NCBI RefSeq assembly: GCF_001194135.2
Contig: NC_068994.1
Location: forward strand, 20,988,199 to 21,052,198
From: Octopus bimaculoides
Taxonomy: Eukaryota
DNA: 64,000 nucleotides
Reading direction: 5' to 3'
Every line of letters begins with the position of its first letter. Position 1 is the stretch's first letter. Shown here piece by piece: positions 39,530 to 53,177 of the stretch. The notes beneath the pieces are model-generated. The model was not told where the DNA came from and did no database searches. It saw only the letters and a program-made list of their open reading frames with translations. Position numbers and translations under genes: made by a program.

Positions 39530-40352
39530 ATGATGTGGGTTCATCTGGTATCTCAAATAAAAATTCATCCAGATGCTCTTTGAAAACCTCAACCTCGCAA
39601 ATCTCTGAGGTTGTTTGGCAGAATGTTAAATAGTTATGGACCTTTGAAACCCAAGCTGTAACAGTACTAAGTCCTTATTTTAGATGGAGAAATTGTAATC
39701 TTTAGTACTATGCAGTGCTATCCAGTTCAGTAGTTGGTATAGTTTTCAATTCCAAAGTTGGAAGCTAGACCTATGAGCCTCCATATGTATATCTCTCCAT
39801 ATTTTTCACACCTTCTCTCTGGTAGTAGAGTTTTTGTTTCTGTAGCCTTTCTCAGTATCTCATCTGTTTCACCAAGTCAATCTTTGTGTAGTGATGCTGG
39901 ATTGCCTCAAGTTCTGCCACCAGTTTGACACTCATTGGTGACCAAAAGTTTTCCATGGGAGTAGCATGTATCCTTTTTCCTGGTTCTGAATGATCTCAGA
40001 ATCCATCCAGTTACTTACCTGCTGTGTTGTCATCTTGGTAATATGCACATGGAATGTTGCATCATTACTCATGTGGATTCCCAGGTCATGTACCGACTCG
40101 GACTGTGGAATTGAACTACCTCTTGGTTTTGTGTATTCCAATTGTAGTTTGTTTGTGAGCCGATAGTGGAGTGCTTTAAACACTTTTCAGTATTGAACAG
40201 CATGTTACTTTCATCAGCTCATTTGTATATTGCATTCAGGCTATTCTGCAGTTTTACTATATCATCAGAGTCCTTGACCACTTGTGGTACTTTTGTATCA
40301 TCAGTGTAGCTGATGAGAGTGGCTGTCAATTTTTTGAAAAAGATATCTGCCT
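39530..40352 (-). mobile_element. CR1-group LINE, 3' fragment of ORF2 (decayed)
   Basis: Minus strand: ISYTDDTKV (YADD-type motif at 40297-40308)...LQNSLNAIYK*ADESNMLFN...SVHDLGIHMSNDATFHVHI...LEAIQHHYTKKI...GP*LFNILP...FKEHLDEFL..IPDEP. Confidence 0.85.
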
Positions 40353-41879
40353 TGTCATGAAATAAAACAATTTTGGAATTTTTAATAACAACAAGTAATT
40401 CACAAGTAAAAATAAATGAATTAGTGGATCTTTTAAGAAGAGAAAGGTTTTTTTAAATTATTTTATTCCAATGAGAAGAGCTAGTGACTGTAGATTTTGC
40501 AGCCCCTTCTGAACAAGTAAGGTCAATATTTGTTATAATCTGGACAGGTGTGTTGATGTTCTTATGTTGTTGGTGATTTGAGTATATTCACATGTTATTA
40601 CATTATGGAACAGTAATGTATAATTCATACCACCTAAATATTGTTGTATCCTACTTTACCCTGAGCACATGTACAACAGAATACATATCCCTGCACTAGG
40701 CCTTATCCTGCATGTTGATTTATGGGTAAACACTATGCCTTTAATCAGTTCCATATATGATACATACCTGTTTAGTTATATTTCACTGCTGGCTATCTAT
40801 CCTTCAGCAATTCCCTTTTCTTTATTCTCCTTCTTTGTTCTCTCTCTCTCTCTCTCTCTCTAACTGATATTATAAGCTATTTTTTCTTTCCACCCAAAGA
40901 TTAATACTTACAAACACCACATAAAATTTATCACCCAAGCAAAGAATCAGCCAAATCAATCTTGATCATGTTTTAACTTCATTATTGCAATTCACAGAAG
41001 AGTTTTTCTAAACTCTTTGAAGCCCTTGAATCACAACACCCACACTACAGTTCTTGTTCTTAAGCCAAGTATAACATTTTGAGCATGCTTTGTATATAAT
41101 ATATAATTTATTATTTTTTTTATTGCACTTTAAACATACTGCATGGCTATTGAAGTTGATTCACTGTTTAATTTTGCCAGCCCATCAAGATTCAGGTTTA
41201 TATTGCAGTTACATCTACCAGCTGATGACTAACTAGTTGCCAACTAATATATATTTATATATATATTTATATATATATATATATCTCAATGAACCCAAAC
41301 TACAACTGGACATCATTCTTTACAGGGCAAGACACAAAAAATGCACATTGCTATAATGCTATCTTTTCACACTTCTATAGTTGCACCACAGTAATCATCT
41401 TTTTATTTCCATTTGATAATTCTATAATATTTATAATACTGAGAAAATTATTTAGATTAGTTGTTAATAATAAATTAGATGCTCTAAGCAACTACTATAA
41501 ATCAACAACAAGTATAATGTTGTTATAACTTGCTCTAATTTTTCCATATATACATCCTGTTAGCTATGTCATTCAATATTGAGATTAGATTTTCAATTCT
41601 GACAAGTAAAAAAGAATATCTTGGAAAATATGATTTAGAATTACCAGGAGCTATTGCTCATATTTCTTTCTTTAATATTTTCTTGTAAGGCAATCACTAT
41701 AAAACCAACAGCCATTGGCATAATAATCATAAGTGAAACATTTTGTTTTGAAATCATCATTTTAAAGGTATTAGCAATAGAATTGAAATATATGTATTCC
41801 TGCATACTTCATGGATGTTATTACCTCTACGAAACAAATCTGGAAGAATATTATGTGAAATCTTAGTGATGCACTAGAA

Positions 41880-42111
41880 CAGTGCTTCTCAACTGGGGTG
41901 CATATGAGATTTTGTTTCTAAAATTTAGGTACAATAAATTAGTTATACCTCTACAATACACAAAATATTTTAATTTTTTTATAGATTTCCTAATAGTATT
42001 TAATTATGAAAATATCATGGGATTTTTAACACATTGAATAGCTGTGAGGGCACATCCAAGTAAAATAGAAATCAAAGGGATCCATAAGCAAAAAATGGTT
42101 TAGAAACACAG
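41880..42111. mobile_element. hAT (Charlie-like) MITE, 232 bp, perfect 8-bp TSD
   Basis: TIRs CAGTGCTTCTCAAC and GTTTAGAAACACAG; TSD CACTAGAA at 41872-79 and 42112-19. Confidence 0.85.
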
Positions 42112-42984
42112 CACTAGAATTTCTAACATCTTAGTTACTGTGCCTTGTTTACCAAGTGCATACATTCATACTTGTTTGTGAAGTGGATAACATAGAGTTG
42201 AGAAGCAAATGACTCATAGAAAAAAATCAGATTATATTATTTCATTCATATTTGATGCACTTATCTGGGTAGCTTTCTAGAGAAGGATAACCTCATAGCA
42301 AAAACAGTTATAAAGAGTATTCTAGATAATAGCATTGGCTATGATGCCGATATAAAGAAGGCAGTATTTTATATTGAACAAAGAAAATTATTACTATGTT
42401 CATTATACATTACTGTTATATGTTATTGAACAATGATATAATGATGATTGTGATTGCTTAACATTGGCATGAAGCCACATATTACCGTTCATGTCTTTCA
42501 CAAATGTAAAACAGTTTGGAAACATATAAAAGTCTGGAGACAGAGTTTGTTTGCTGAGAACATTTGCTGTATAAGAAAATAATAGTAATTACATCAACAA
42601 CAACAGCAGAAATATATGCCATTTCTGTTTTTCTTTTTTGTTTTGCCTCTCCTATTTAAATGTCTGGAATGGCTTTTTTATTTTGATTACCAATTGTTTT
42701 TGTTAGACAAACTTTTGGTTATATTATTTATATCTTGTCTAGTTATACTTCAGTTAGCTGCTTTATGACTGGTCTAATTTCTCTTGTCTATAATGATTTT
42801 TATCTTTATTTTATCTATGTGATGCTATTGAAACCTTCTAGAGTGCATCATCTGACCATATTCATTTATTCACTTATCCAGGCAATGAAATGAGCCTCTC
42901 TTCCATACTCCATCAATTTGCTCTATGTTTGTTTATGATTATATACACACACACACACACTTTTATGGATATATATTTTTTCTT

Positions 42985-43293
42985 TTATCCTTTATTGTTT
43001 CAGTCATTGGACTGCAGCCATACTGTGACACCACTTTCTAGGCTTTTAGTCAAATAACTTATGTTTTATTTTTGTTTCTTTTTTTTAAGACTGGTACTTA
43101 TTCTGTTAGTTTCTGTTACCAAACTGCTAGGTCATGGAGATGTATAAAAACCAAGCAGTGGTGGTGAAATGAGAAACAAATACACACAAATGTGTGTGTG
43201 TATGAAATGAAGATAGTTAGAAGCTTTCCTTATTTATTATTCTACTTCTGTACTACAATGCTTCAAGCAATCTACAACACTCTTCTTTCACTG

Positions 43294-43333
<40 letters not shown>

Positions 43334-43525
43334 TACATACATACATACATACAAACATACATACATACATACATGACTTCTATCTACCAAATTCATTCAC
43401 AAAGCATTGGTCAGTCCAGGACTCGAACAGAAGACATTTGCCCAAGTAGTTGTACAATAGGTCTGAACCCAAAACCTCAGGATTGCCAAGTGAACTTCTT
43501 AACCACCCAGCCATGCCTATACCTG
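42985..43525 (-). mobile_element. SINE family A, decayed minus copy with internal (CA)n/(CATA)n
   Basis: tttcagtcattggactgcagccat tail; gacatttgcccaag...accacccagcc head. Confidence 0.7.
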
Positions 43526-44340
43526 TGTATATNNNNNNNNNNNNNNNNNNNNNNNNNNNNNNNNNNNNNNNNNNNNNNNNNNNNNNNNNNNNNNNNNNNN
43601 NNNNNNNNNNNNNNNNNNNNNNNNNNNNNNNNNNNNNNNNNNNNNNNNNNNNNNNNNNNNNNNNNNNNNNNNNNNNNNNNNNNNNNNNNNNNNNNNNNNN
43701 NNNNNNNNNNNNNNNNNNNNNNNNNNNNNNNNNNNNNNNNNNNNNNNNNNNNNNNNNNNNNNNNNNNNNNNNNNNNNNNNNNNNNNNNNNNNNNNNNNNN
43801 NNNNNNNNNNNNNNNNNNNNNNNNNNNNNNNNNNNNNNNNNNNNNNNNNNNNNNNNNNNNNNNNNNNNNNNNNNNNNNNNNNNNNNNNNNNNNNNNNNNN
43901 NNNNNNNNNNNNNNNNNNNNNNNNNNNNNNNNNNNNNNNNNNNNNNNNNNNNNNNNNNNNNNNNNNNNNNNNNNNNNNNNNNNNNNNNNNNNNNNNNNNN
44001 NNNNNNNNNNNNNNNNNNNNNNNNNNNNNNNNNNNNNNNNNNNNNNNNNNNNNNNNNNNNNNNNNNNNNNNNNNNNNNNNNNNNNNNNNNNNNNNNNNNN
44101 NNNNNNNNNNNNNNNNNNNNNNNNNNNNNNNNNNNNNNNNNNNNNNNNNNNNNNNNNNNNNNNNNNNNNNNNNNNNNNNNNNNNNNNNNNNNNNNNNNNN
44201 NNNNNNNNNNNNNNNNNNNNNNNNNNNNNNNNNNNNNNNNNNNNNNNNNNNNNNNNNNNNNNNNNNNNNNNNNNNNNNNNNNNNNNNNNNNNNNNNNNNN
44301 NNNNNNNNNNNNNNNNNNNNNNNNNNNNNNNNNNNNNNNN

Positions 44341-44376
<36 letters not shown>

Positions 44377-45443
44377 TATATACATACGCATATATGGGTG
44401 CAGGACGTCACAAAACATAAACAACATGAAATACGAAAATAAAGTTGGGTATGCAGACAACAAGAAAAGATAGATTTGTGAATCAAATTGACAAAAGAAA
44501 AGATAAAAGAGGAAATACATAGGAATACATGCAGTCTGTACAACAGCACTGAAGGAAAAGAAAGATGGACAGACAGACAGACATCTGTGCACACTCATAC
44601 ATATATGAACATATCAGAAAATATATGAGTGTGTAGCTGAGGGTTAAGAAGATCACTTTGCAATTATGAGGTCCTGAATTCAATCCTACTACATAGAATT
44701 GTGAACAAGTGTCTTTTACGTTACCCTCAAATTGACCAGTTTTGTGAGTGGAATTTGGTAAACAGAAACTGTGGAAGCCCATCAGATGGACTTTTTACCT
44801 GTAATTCAAATTTCCAACCTTGTAGCATAGTGTCATGCTGATTCATTCTGTGGTTATGTCAGAGCCATGTGTCTGTAGAATACATGTCCCTAACAGACAC
44901 AGGAGGTGGATTGGCTGTCTTGCAGTATTGATTCTGCTTGTTTACATCCTATATTCAAATAGAGCTGAGGTCAACTTTACTTTTTATCCTTTTGAGATCA
45001 ATAAAGCACTGTGGCCAATACAGGTCCGTGGATATTTATATGCAAGGCCTGAAATTTTGAGGGTGTAGGATGAGTCATTATCATCAATCCTGGTACTTGA
45101 CTGGTACTTTATTTATCAACTATGAAAGGATGAAAGGCTAAGTTGACCATAGCAGATTTGAACTCAGGATGTAAAGAATAAGAACAAATACATTGAGGCA
45201 TTTTTTCCAATACTCTAATGATTTTGCCATCCTACCAATCTTAATAACAATCTGGTAAACAAATTAAAAATAATAACAAATGTAGTAATAAGAATATTGC
45301 CTATTCAGGGTACACAATCCCAGACTGCACAATACTGATCCTGGAGTACAGAACAATGCACACACACACACACACACGGGTTAGGGGACCAAATACAGAG
45401 ATATGGTATTGAATGCAAATCACAGTGTTTACTGACCATAGTA

Positions 45444-45509
<66 letters not shown>

Positions 45510-45671
45510 TATAGGTGTGAACACTGTCAGCCGTTGTCTCCTACTCTAAACTGCAGGTAGAAGTGTGTGTGTATGTGTGTCCTTACATGAATGCACTGAT
45601 TGTTAACTCCACGTGGAGTAAAATAAGTGTTGCCATGACATACAGTATATATATTAGCAACAGAGGCGGTA

Positions 45672-45855
45672 TCAAGAGGTAATATTTATCCTCCACTTAA
45701 ACATGGATGTTCTGTTAGAAAAAACCCTTGCATTGGCTTAAGAGTGCATTTTGTACCAAAAGCCAATATGAGAGTTTTTTTCATGATATCTACCACTGTA
45801 TAGTTTGTTCTAATAGAACATTCACATTTAAATGAGGATAAATATTACCTCTTGA
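45672..45855. mobile_element. foldback MITE with ~54-bp terminal inverted arms
   Basis: Perfect 22-bp TCAAGAGGTAATATTTATCCTC (45672-93) and its complement (45834-55), extending ~31 more bp with 6 mismatches and one bulge; TA on the left flank. Confidence 0.75.
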
Positions 45856-48800
45856 CATACAATATGTCTTGGATGATTTTTAAAACCTGGCAAAATTCAT
45901 CTCCTGTTCCGAAACGCTTTCTTCCAGAGATAAAAATGTGCCTGTGTAAAATAATTCTCACAAATGGAATAAATTTCCTTTTCAATATCAAGAGTGCTCT
46001 AACCATACCTGTTCCAAGGTTTTATTTGCACACAGATTAGAAGGTCAGATAACTGTATTGGCATTTTTTTGTTAAAACCTTTGGTAAACAACATGACAAA
46101 TATATGTTTGCAGTCTGGTAACTTGTATTTAAATAGATTTACTGGCGTGTGTGTGTGTGTGTGGCTTTTAAAATAAATTAAAAACAGTAGACAACTTTTA
46201 CTGAAAAAAAAAACTCAATACACATGTGTTGAGAGTGACTGGCTTAAGTTTTGCCATAAACTGCTTATCAGATCTGGTGAGCCACCTTAGATGAAACTTC
46301 AGTCACAATCACACACACACATACACTCTTGCTTTCCCTCTCCCCATATTTTAACATTTGCTGTTACTTTGTCATTCACACCAAACTTTAAATTTTACTC
46401 TCATCTTATTTAATTATTAATATATAAAGCTTCTGGTTGGGGTTTGCACCTGGTGTCAGGGCAGTTTAATATTTCTGCTTCAAACCTTCACTGAACTAAC
46501 TATTTACATCATGATATAGATTTATCTAAAAATATATAAAAATTTGTTTCATTTTTATTTTTGTTTTTTGACATGTATAATCTTTTATATATATGTATGT
46601 ATTATAAATTTGCTTTGTTTTTATTGTTCAATAAAAACAAGTTTATAATTAAAGCAAATTTACATTAATCTGGTGGGTTACTCTATACTTTTGTTGAGTA
46701 CAAATTTATTATTCTTAAACAAGAGTATTATTGACTAACTTTGCAGTTCAATGATGGCTTAGCTGGTCAAAACTTCAAAGTCACTGTCCATAATATTCTT
46801 GTTTAAAAATTATATACATATATAATATGTATGTATATATATGTGTGTGAGTATAATATGTGTATATATGTATATGTATATATGTGTATATATGTACGTG
46901 TATATATGTATGTGTATGTGTATATACATGTATAAGGGTTAGTAAAGTTAGAGGTTGGAATAACCATCTAAAGAATAAAAGTATCCATTATGCTACCTGT
47001 ATAATTACCTATGTTAACCCTGGACATACATATGCAAGCATATTATGCTCATAGATTACAGGTAATGACAAAGATAAACATCAGTTTGTCAGGAATCAAA
47101 TTTAAAGTAAACAAAAAGTGGAGAAATATTGATCAACAACAATTGACTTACATCAATTATTATTTTTTAATTCAATACAAATAGACTGCATCCCATCTAA
47201 CAGCTGTTTCTGCTTCCAATGTTCTATGGTATTGGCATTGATATGCTAAAAATAATATTCATCATATTTGGTAATAAAACCAATCTGGAACATGAAGCTT
47301 CATCAGAGTGAAGAAAAATACATATGTAAATGAGAAGAAGANNNNNNNNNNNNNNNNNNNNNNNNNNNNNNNNNNNNNNNNNNNNNNNNNNNNNNNNNNN
47401 NNNNNNNNNNNNNNNNNNNNNNNNNNNNNNNNNNNNNNNNNNNNNNNNNNNNNNNNNNNNNNNNNNNNNNNNNNNNNNNNNNNNNNNNNNNNNNNNNNNN
47501 NNNNNNNNNNNNNNNNNNNNNNNNNNNNNNNNNNNNNNNNNNNNNNNNNNNNNNNNNNNNNNNNNNNNNNNNNNNNNNNNNNNNNNNNNNNNNNNNNNNN
47601 NNNNNNNNNNNNNNNNNNNNNNNNNNNNNNNNNNNNNNNNNNNNNNNNNNNNNNNNNNNNNNNNNNNNNNNNNNNNNNNNNNNNNNNNNNNNNNNNNNNN
47701 NNNNNNNNNNNNNNNNNNNNNNNNNNNNNNNNNNNNNNNNNNNNNNNNNNNNNNNNNNNNNNNNNNNNNNNNNNNNNNNNNNNNNNNNNNNNNNNNNNNN
47801 NNNNNNNNNNNNNNNNNNNNNNNNNNNNNNNNNNNNNNNNNNNNNNNNNNNNNNNNNNNNNNNNNNNNNNNNNNNNNNNNNNNNNCTGTCCATAATATTC
47901 TTGTTTAAAAATTATATACATATATAATATGTATATATTATATAAAGGATTGGCTGTAAGTAGCTTACTTACCAACCACATGGTTCTGGGTTAGGTATTG
48001 AACCACTGTTTCCTTGGATGACAGCTTCCCTTCATGAGGCCAACATAACCTCTAATTGATTTATTTATATATATAAAGACATCTTTGTTTTAATTCCATG
48101 AGAGAATCATCATTTTTTTATTACACCATCTGGTAAATTTTGTCTAATAGACAGTGTTGGACATTGTTTAAAGTTGTAATCCAGATGTGCTACAAGAGGC
48201 CTCCCTCATACTTTGTAGCAGAATGATCCACAAAATTACTCCACTAATATTACAGTCAGGTTCGAATTGATCTTTGATTTACAAAGTGCCATTAGTTGAA
48301 TAATAAACGAGTTGTAGTTGAATTAATGTAAGGTGGTACTCCTGAATCACAGAATATTCTGTTGGGCTATTTTTGACATTTCTGTGTTTGTTGTTTAGCC
48401 CCAAGTTTAATCAAACAGACCTATGATAAAAAGCATTCCACTCATGTCCTTTCCATCTTAATGTATGTTGAACAACATTGTCTAATGTCTTTTAATAAGT
48501 AAGAGTGGAGTATGCTACTTTGTTAGTATACTTATAAGTATACATAAACTCTTTTAATGTAAAATTTGATTAGAAAACAATGTTGTTCAGCCTTAGAACA
48601 ACCCTGATCAAGCAGGCTTATGATCAAAGGATTTCTAGGTATGACCACCACTCCTTTTAGGGTCATACCTCTGACAACATTACACAGTGTATCCTTACTT
48701 AAAACAGTCAAGTGATATTTCTAATAGGTCAGGTGACCACCCAGAGGCATCCTCGTTGACTCACTGGGAAAAAATGTTGCTGGAAAAGTTGATACCAGAT

Positions 48801-49501
48801 AAAAATGCACCATCAACAAGTTGATATTTTAATTTCAGTAACATTACACAAGAGAAAAGCATCTTCCTCCTAAAAGCTCTTTCAGCAATTACAAAGATTA
48901 AATGCAAACTCTGACAAAATCAGTGCAATTTGTCTAAATTGAATAGTTATTTTGTCATACTTTGTTTGCTTTATAGTATTATAAGTTAATATATTACAAT
49001 ATATATATATATATATAATAAATATATATATTACATACAAAATCTTTCCTATGAAACCTCCTTATAGCAAAGCCATACTATTACCCTCTTTTACTCATTA
49101 TATGTTTGGTGTCTTTGTTTTCATTTGATAGATATATGGAATTTGAATAACTAAACTACCCAGTTTTTCCCACAAATATTGCATTGCACTTATTTCCAGG
49201 CTGAGAACATTAATCAGTACTACATTTACTCAACTGCTGCAAATAATTTCTCTCAGCAATTCATGGAAATATCTAAAGTTCCAAGAAATCCTATGTGTGA
49301 AATATCAAAAATTAAATGCAAAGGAAGTCTAAGGTTTTGTTTTAGCTCTTTGAATTTAAGCATTTCAATTTTAGATGATAAAGGATTCTTTTATTGTTAT
49401 ACAATTGTTATCTAGCTTTGTTATGAGCATGGTATAAAGATAAGTATCCTATATATACTAAAATGTACCTCTTATTCTCTCTTCCACAAATGTGGAAACA
49501 G

Positions 49502-49701
49502 GTTCTGAAATATTCGCAATCAGAGTGGAACAAAATGAAGCAGGAACAAGAGCTGGAATTTCAGACGCGGCTACTCCAAAAGGAGAAGGATTGGAGCAAG
49601 AAGCTGGCAGAGAAGGAGCGTCGTATCACTGACCATGAAAAGAGAATTATGTTACTTGATGACCAATGTCGGAACTTGAAACAATCCAATGAAGATATGA
49701 G
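49502..49701 (+). CDS. TACC: TACC exon, 200 nt: VLKYSQSEWNKMKQEQELEFQTRLLQKEKDWSKKLAEKERRITDHEKRIMLLDDQCRNLKQSNEDM(R)
   Basis: Pyrimidine tract then acceptor aaacag| at 49500-01; donor |gtcagt at 49702; heptad-like charged sequence; KYSQ..W motif typical of the start of the TACC domain. Confidence 0.93.
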
Positions 49702-51072
49702 GTCAGTTAATCATAGTTTAAATATTAACTTCATTCTTGTTCTTAATAACTGGGTTTTGATAGCTGTTCTTATTCAAATATTTTGGGTGAGTTTTTGTGG
49801 CTGGGTGTTGTTTTTATTTTACTCTACTAATTTCTGTTGAATGGCTTCCTTAACATTGACCACTGAACTTCTGATATGATAGGAACGCATTTTCAACTAG
49901 CTTGGGTGAAGAAAATAAAGTGATGCTCTTTGCCTAGAGACATTCATTTGAATGTATCAACTCATCTGTTCTTAATCAATTCACAGCTTTAACATTTCAA
50001 CCTTTAAATCTCTAAGTGCTATTTTCAAAAATTAGATAACCATTTTTTCCATCACAGAGCAGGTTAGATAAATTTGTATGTGAGCCTTACACATCTTTCA
50101 CAGAGTCATCAATATCTTCATTTAATTCTTTTACATCTAGTAACTATCAAATGAAGCAGTACCATTACTAGGTAAGGTCAGTTTGTAGGTAGTTGACAAC
50201 TATCTTGCTCATATAGAAACACTTCTGGAAGAAATTTTGTTTTTGTGTAAATAATTGTTGTTTTCATTAAGATTATGTCCTTTAAATTATCAAAGCTTTT
50301 TTTTTAATTGGTACCTCCCAAAATATTAACCTGCCTAGTTTAACCAAAGTGTGTGATGTTTTAATCACCTCAATTGAATAAGAGATAAACCTTTCACTAC
50401 TGAACCCTCTTGTAGTTTGATTTCTAATGTTAACAACCCAACCAACCAGTATTAAATTCATATCTAAATTAAAATCTCATTATTACTTGAAGAATAGCAT
50501 GAGATTTCAGTTGGTTAAAAAGTCCATCTTAGTACCATCTAAGACCTTTTAGTTATACTTCAGACTCCAGTTTAATTTATCAATAAATTAATGAAGAGTA
50601 CCAAATATTTTACTCAACGTCAAAATTAATTACAATGCAAAAACAAAACAGTTTATTCTTTTATCTTTTATGTGTATGAATAAGTTAGGCCAAATTTAGA
50701 ATTATAAGTACTAAATTGTTAAGTAATTGTACTTTTTGTTAAGACAGATCTCTGATACTGAAGCAATAATTTGCCTTTAAAGCAAATTTACAGGATCTTT
50801 TTTTTAACTTAAGAGGAAAATTCACCTGTGTTGAGTCTAAGCTTTTGAAACAACTGATTTTATCAATATAGATTTGTTTGGCTGAAAATATGAACTTGAA
50901 CAAATTTCCAAGATGCAGTCTCTCACTGGAATGTGTGTTGCAATATTCATTAAAGTTGCTATATATTACATTATCATTAAATAGTTGTTGTAGAATAGAG
51001 TTAGCATATGTTTTCTTGTTAATTGTTTTGTCATTTCGTTGTATATGATAGAATGATATTATTTTATTTCAG

Positions 51073-51116
51073 GCTGATTGTTGCAGAATTTGAAAAAACA
51101 ATTTCACAGTTACAAG
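51073..51116 (+). CDS. TACC: TACC exon, 44 nt: (R)LIVAEFEKTISQLQ(A)
   Basis: ttttatttcag| acceptor, |gtaaat donor, phase 2 to 1 fits both neighbours; IVAEFEKTI resembles the vertebrate TACC IVAEYEKTI motif. Confidence 0.93.
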
Positions 51117-51244
51117 GTAAATCTAAAAACCCTTAAAGATGCTCTCGCCCTCTTTCTTCTCAGTTGTTTTAAGTAGTTTAATTTCCTAGAAGGGAGTATA
51201 CTTCCTGAAAGGTTTAATGGAAATAAGGAATTAAAATTGTTTCA

Positions 51245-51859
51245 GTAAAAGTTGAAATGGCCTTAAGCTGCATTACAAACAGCAATGCTCCATGATAGTG
51301 AGATGTGGACCTTGAATGCAGAAGATATGTGAAGGTTAGAGAGGAATGAAGCTATTTTGCTCTGCTGGATGTGCAATGTTAGTGTACATGTGCAACAGAG
51401 CACTTTTGTATTGAGAGAAAAGTTGGACATAAGAGGAATTAGATGCAGTGTACAAGAGAGAAGACACTGCTAATTTGGTCATGTAATGCATATTGATGTA
51501 GACAGTTTGCATACAGAAGTGCCGATCGCTTAAAGTGGATAGAATTTCTGGAAGAGACATGGGACAAAGTACTGAAAGCTGATCTCAAGACACTTGGCCT
51601 TACAACGGAGATGACTAAGGACCAAGATATCTGACACCTTTTTGTACTCAAGAATTGATGCTAGTGATGGTGTCACGTAAAAAGCACCCAGTACACTCTG
51701 TAAGGTGGTTTGTTATTAGGATGGGCATCCAGCCCTAGAAACCATACCAGAACAGACAACTGAGCTTAGTGCAGCCCCTAGCCTTACCAGCTCTAGTCAA
51801 ACTGACCAACCCATGCCAGCATGGAAAATGGACTTTATACAATGATGCTGATGATGATG
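51245..51859 (+). mobile_element. RTE LINE 3' fragment (ORF2 C-terminus + 3'UTR + (ATG)n tail)
   Basis: Translates LHDSEMWTLNAEDM*RLERNEAILLCWMCNVSVH...LREKLDIRGIRCSVQERR..*FGHVM; UTR has the AAAAGCACCCAGTACAC and GGGCATCCAGC motifs; ends in ATGATG repeats. Confidence 0.85.
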
Positions 51860-52399
51860 GACCTACCAAGAGTAAAAAATACCATTTAGAAGTTTCTCAT
51901 CTGCTTTAAAATTTCTCAGTTATTAAAAATGAAATTATGCAAAGATGCTATCTATATAAGAAACAGTATTTAAGTTAGTGTTTAAACTCCATGCTTTTAA
52001 TGTATAGAGTTTGAAAAATGTTAAACAGAAATAAATATATGATTAAAAAAAACAATTAACAATTGACAGCCACTATTTTCTTTTAAAACAATTCTATTTT
52101 CCTGGACCAACAAATTAACTAATATTTTTTTTCTTTTTTCTCACCATATATTTATTTGCAACTGGCTTTTTAATGCTTCCAACATTAAAAAGATAACTAA
52201 AAGTAAATAGGCAATAAGAAAAAAGATGTCTTTTCCATTATTTTTCAGTAAATGTGAGAGACAACTCTTTACATATTTCAGTATTATTCTGATTTCATCA
52301 GCAAATTTGTCATTTATGTTCACATCATTTTGAAGTATCTCTCTCTCTCTCTCTCCTTTTCCCCCTCGTATTTCCTCTCTTTCTCTTTTCCTCTCGTTG

Positions 52400-52860
52400 C
52401 TCACCTATTCTTCTACTTCCTCCCTCTCTTTCTCCCTCTACCACTCTCTCTCTTCCCTTTACACTGGCATGGTCACATGCTTCCGGTCAATAATCCTTTC
52501 CTTCCTTGGCTTTCGCCAAGCAACGCACGCCACCACTTTGTCTCTCTCGGTTCCGTGCCTCATCGCGTTCATACACACATAATTTTTCTCGTCTGGCCGT
52601 AAAGCCTTTTCTGTTTGTTTTCCTGTCTTNNNNNNNNNNATGGGACGAGCCGTTTTAACGATGTGTCCTGCCCGAAGCTCGTCGAAACGCCGGTGTTAAA
52701 ACGTGGGTAGCTGGTGAAGTAGAATGTTCTCTATGTGGCTCGTGTGTTCTCGTCTACGTTTGTTTGCAATGTCCTGTACCCAGATATGCACCTATACATA
52801 CAGGTGGATGTCGGTATGCACATACCTGTACGTATATATGCATATACTCATTTACTATTT
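52400..52860. mobile_element. young CpG-rich repeat of uncertain class (possibly a Penelope-like terminal repeat)
   Basis: CpG density far above the surroundings; contains CGAAACG; spans a 10-N gap. Confidence 0.4.
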
Positions 52861-52919
52861 GTTTTTATATATATATATATCACACACACACACTAAACAT
52901 ATTCCTTTCATTCATCCAG

Positions 52920-52987
52920 CTGAAAAAGAGAAGTCGAAAAGTGCCTCCCAGGAATCAATGGAAACTCTAATACGGGAACGTGATCAA
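52920..52987 (+). CDS. TACC: TACC exon, 68 nt: (A)EKEKSKSASQESMETLIRERDQ
   Basis: ttcatccag| acceptor, |gtaagt donor, phase 1 to 0. Confidence 0.93.
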
Positions 52988-53177
52988 GTAAGTTTATTAC
53001 CATTTATTCTCAGTGTTGTAAGTTGTTTTATATTGTTTTGTTTTTACCTTTTTTTAAAATTTTTTTTATTCTTTTGTCTTATAATGTCTGTTTTCTTCTC
53101 TACTTCGTGTGGGCTTCAGTAAGATGCCAAAGCTAGTTTCTCCATCGCTGCTAGACTTTACTGGCTTATTAATGAAC

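Noticed and set aside
46784-47934. 49-bp exact repeat (46784-46832 and 47886-47934), the second copy starting right after a gap
   Set aside because: Most likely two haplotypes or contig overlap scaffolded in tandem; it cannot be called a real duplication without reads.
30401-47981. Long ORFs in the track (30401-31411, 43373-44598, 47262-47981, 4136-4596, etc.)
   Set aside because: They are open only because they run through N-gaps and microsatellites.
52644-52703. HDV-like ribozyme interpretation of the crossing stems
   Set aside because: No P3 helix and no GG for P1.1 after the 7-bp stem; topology does not fit.
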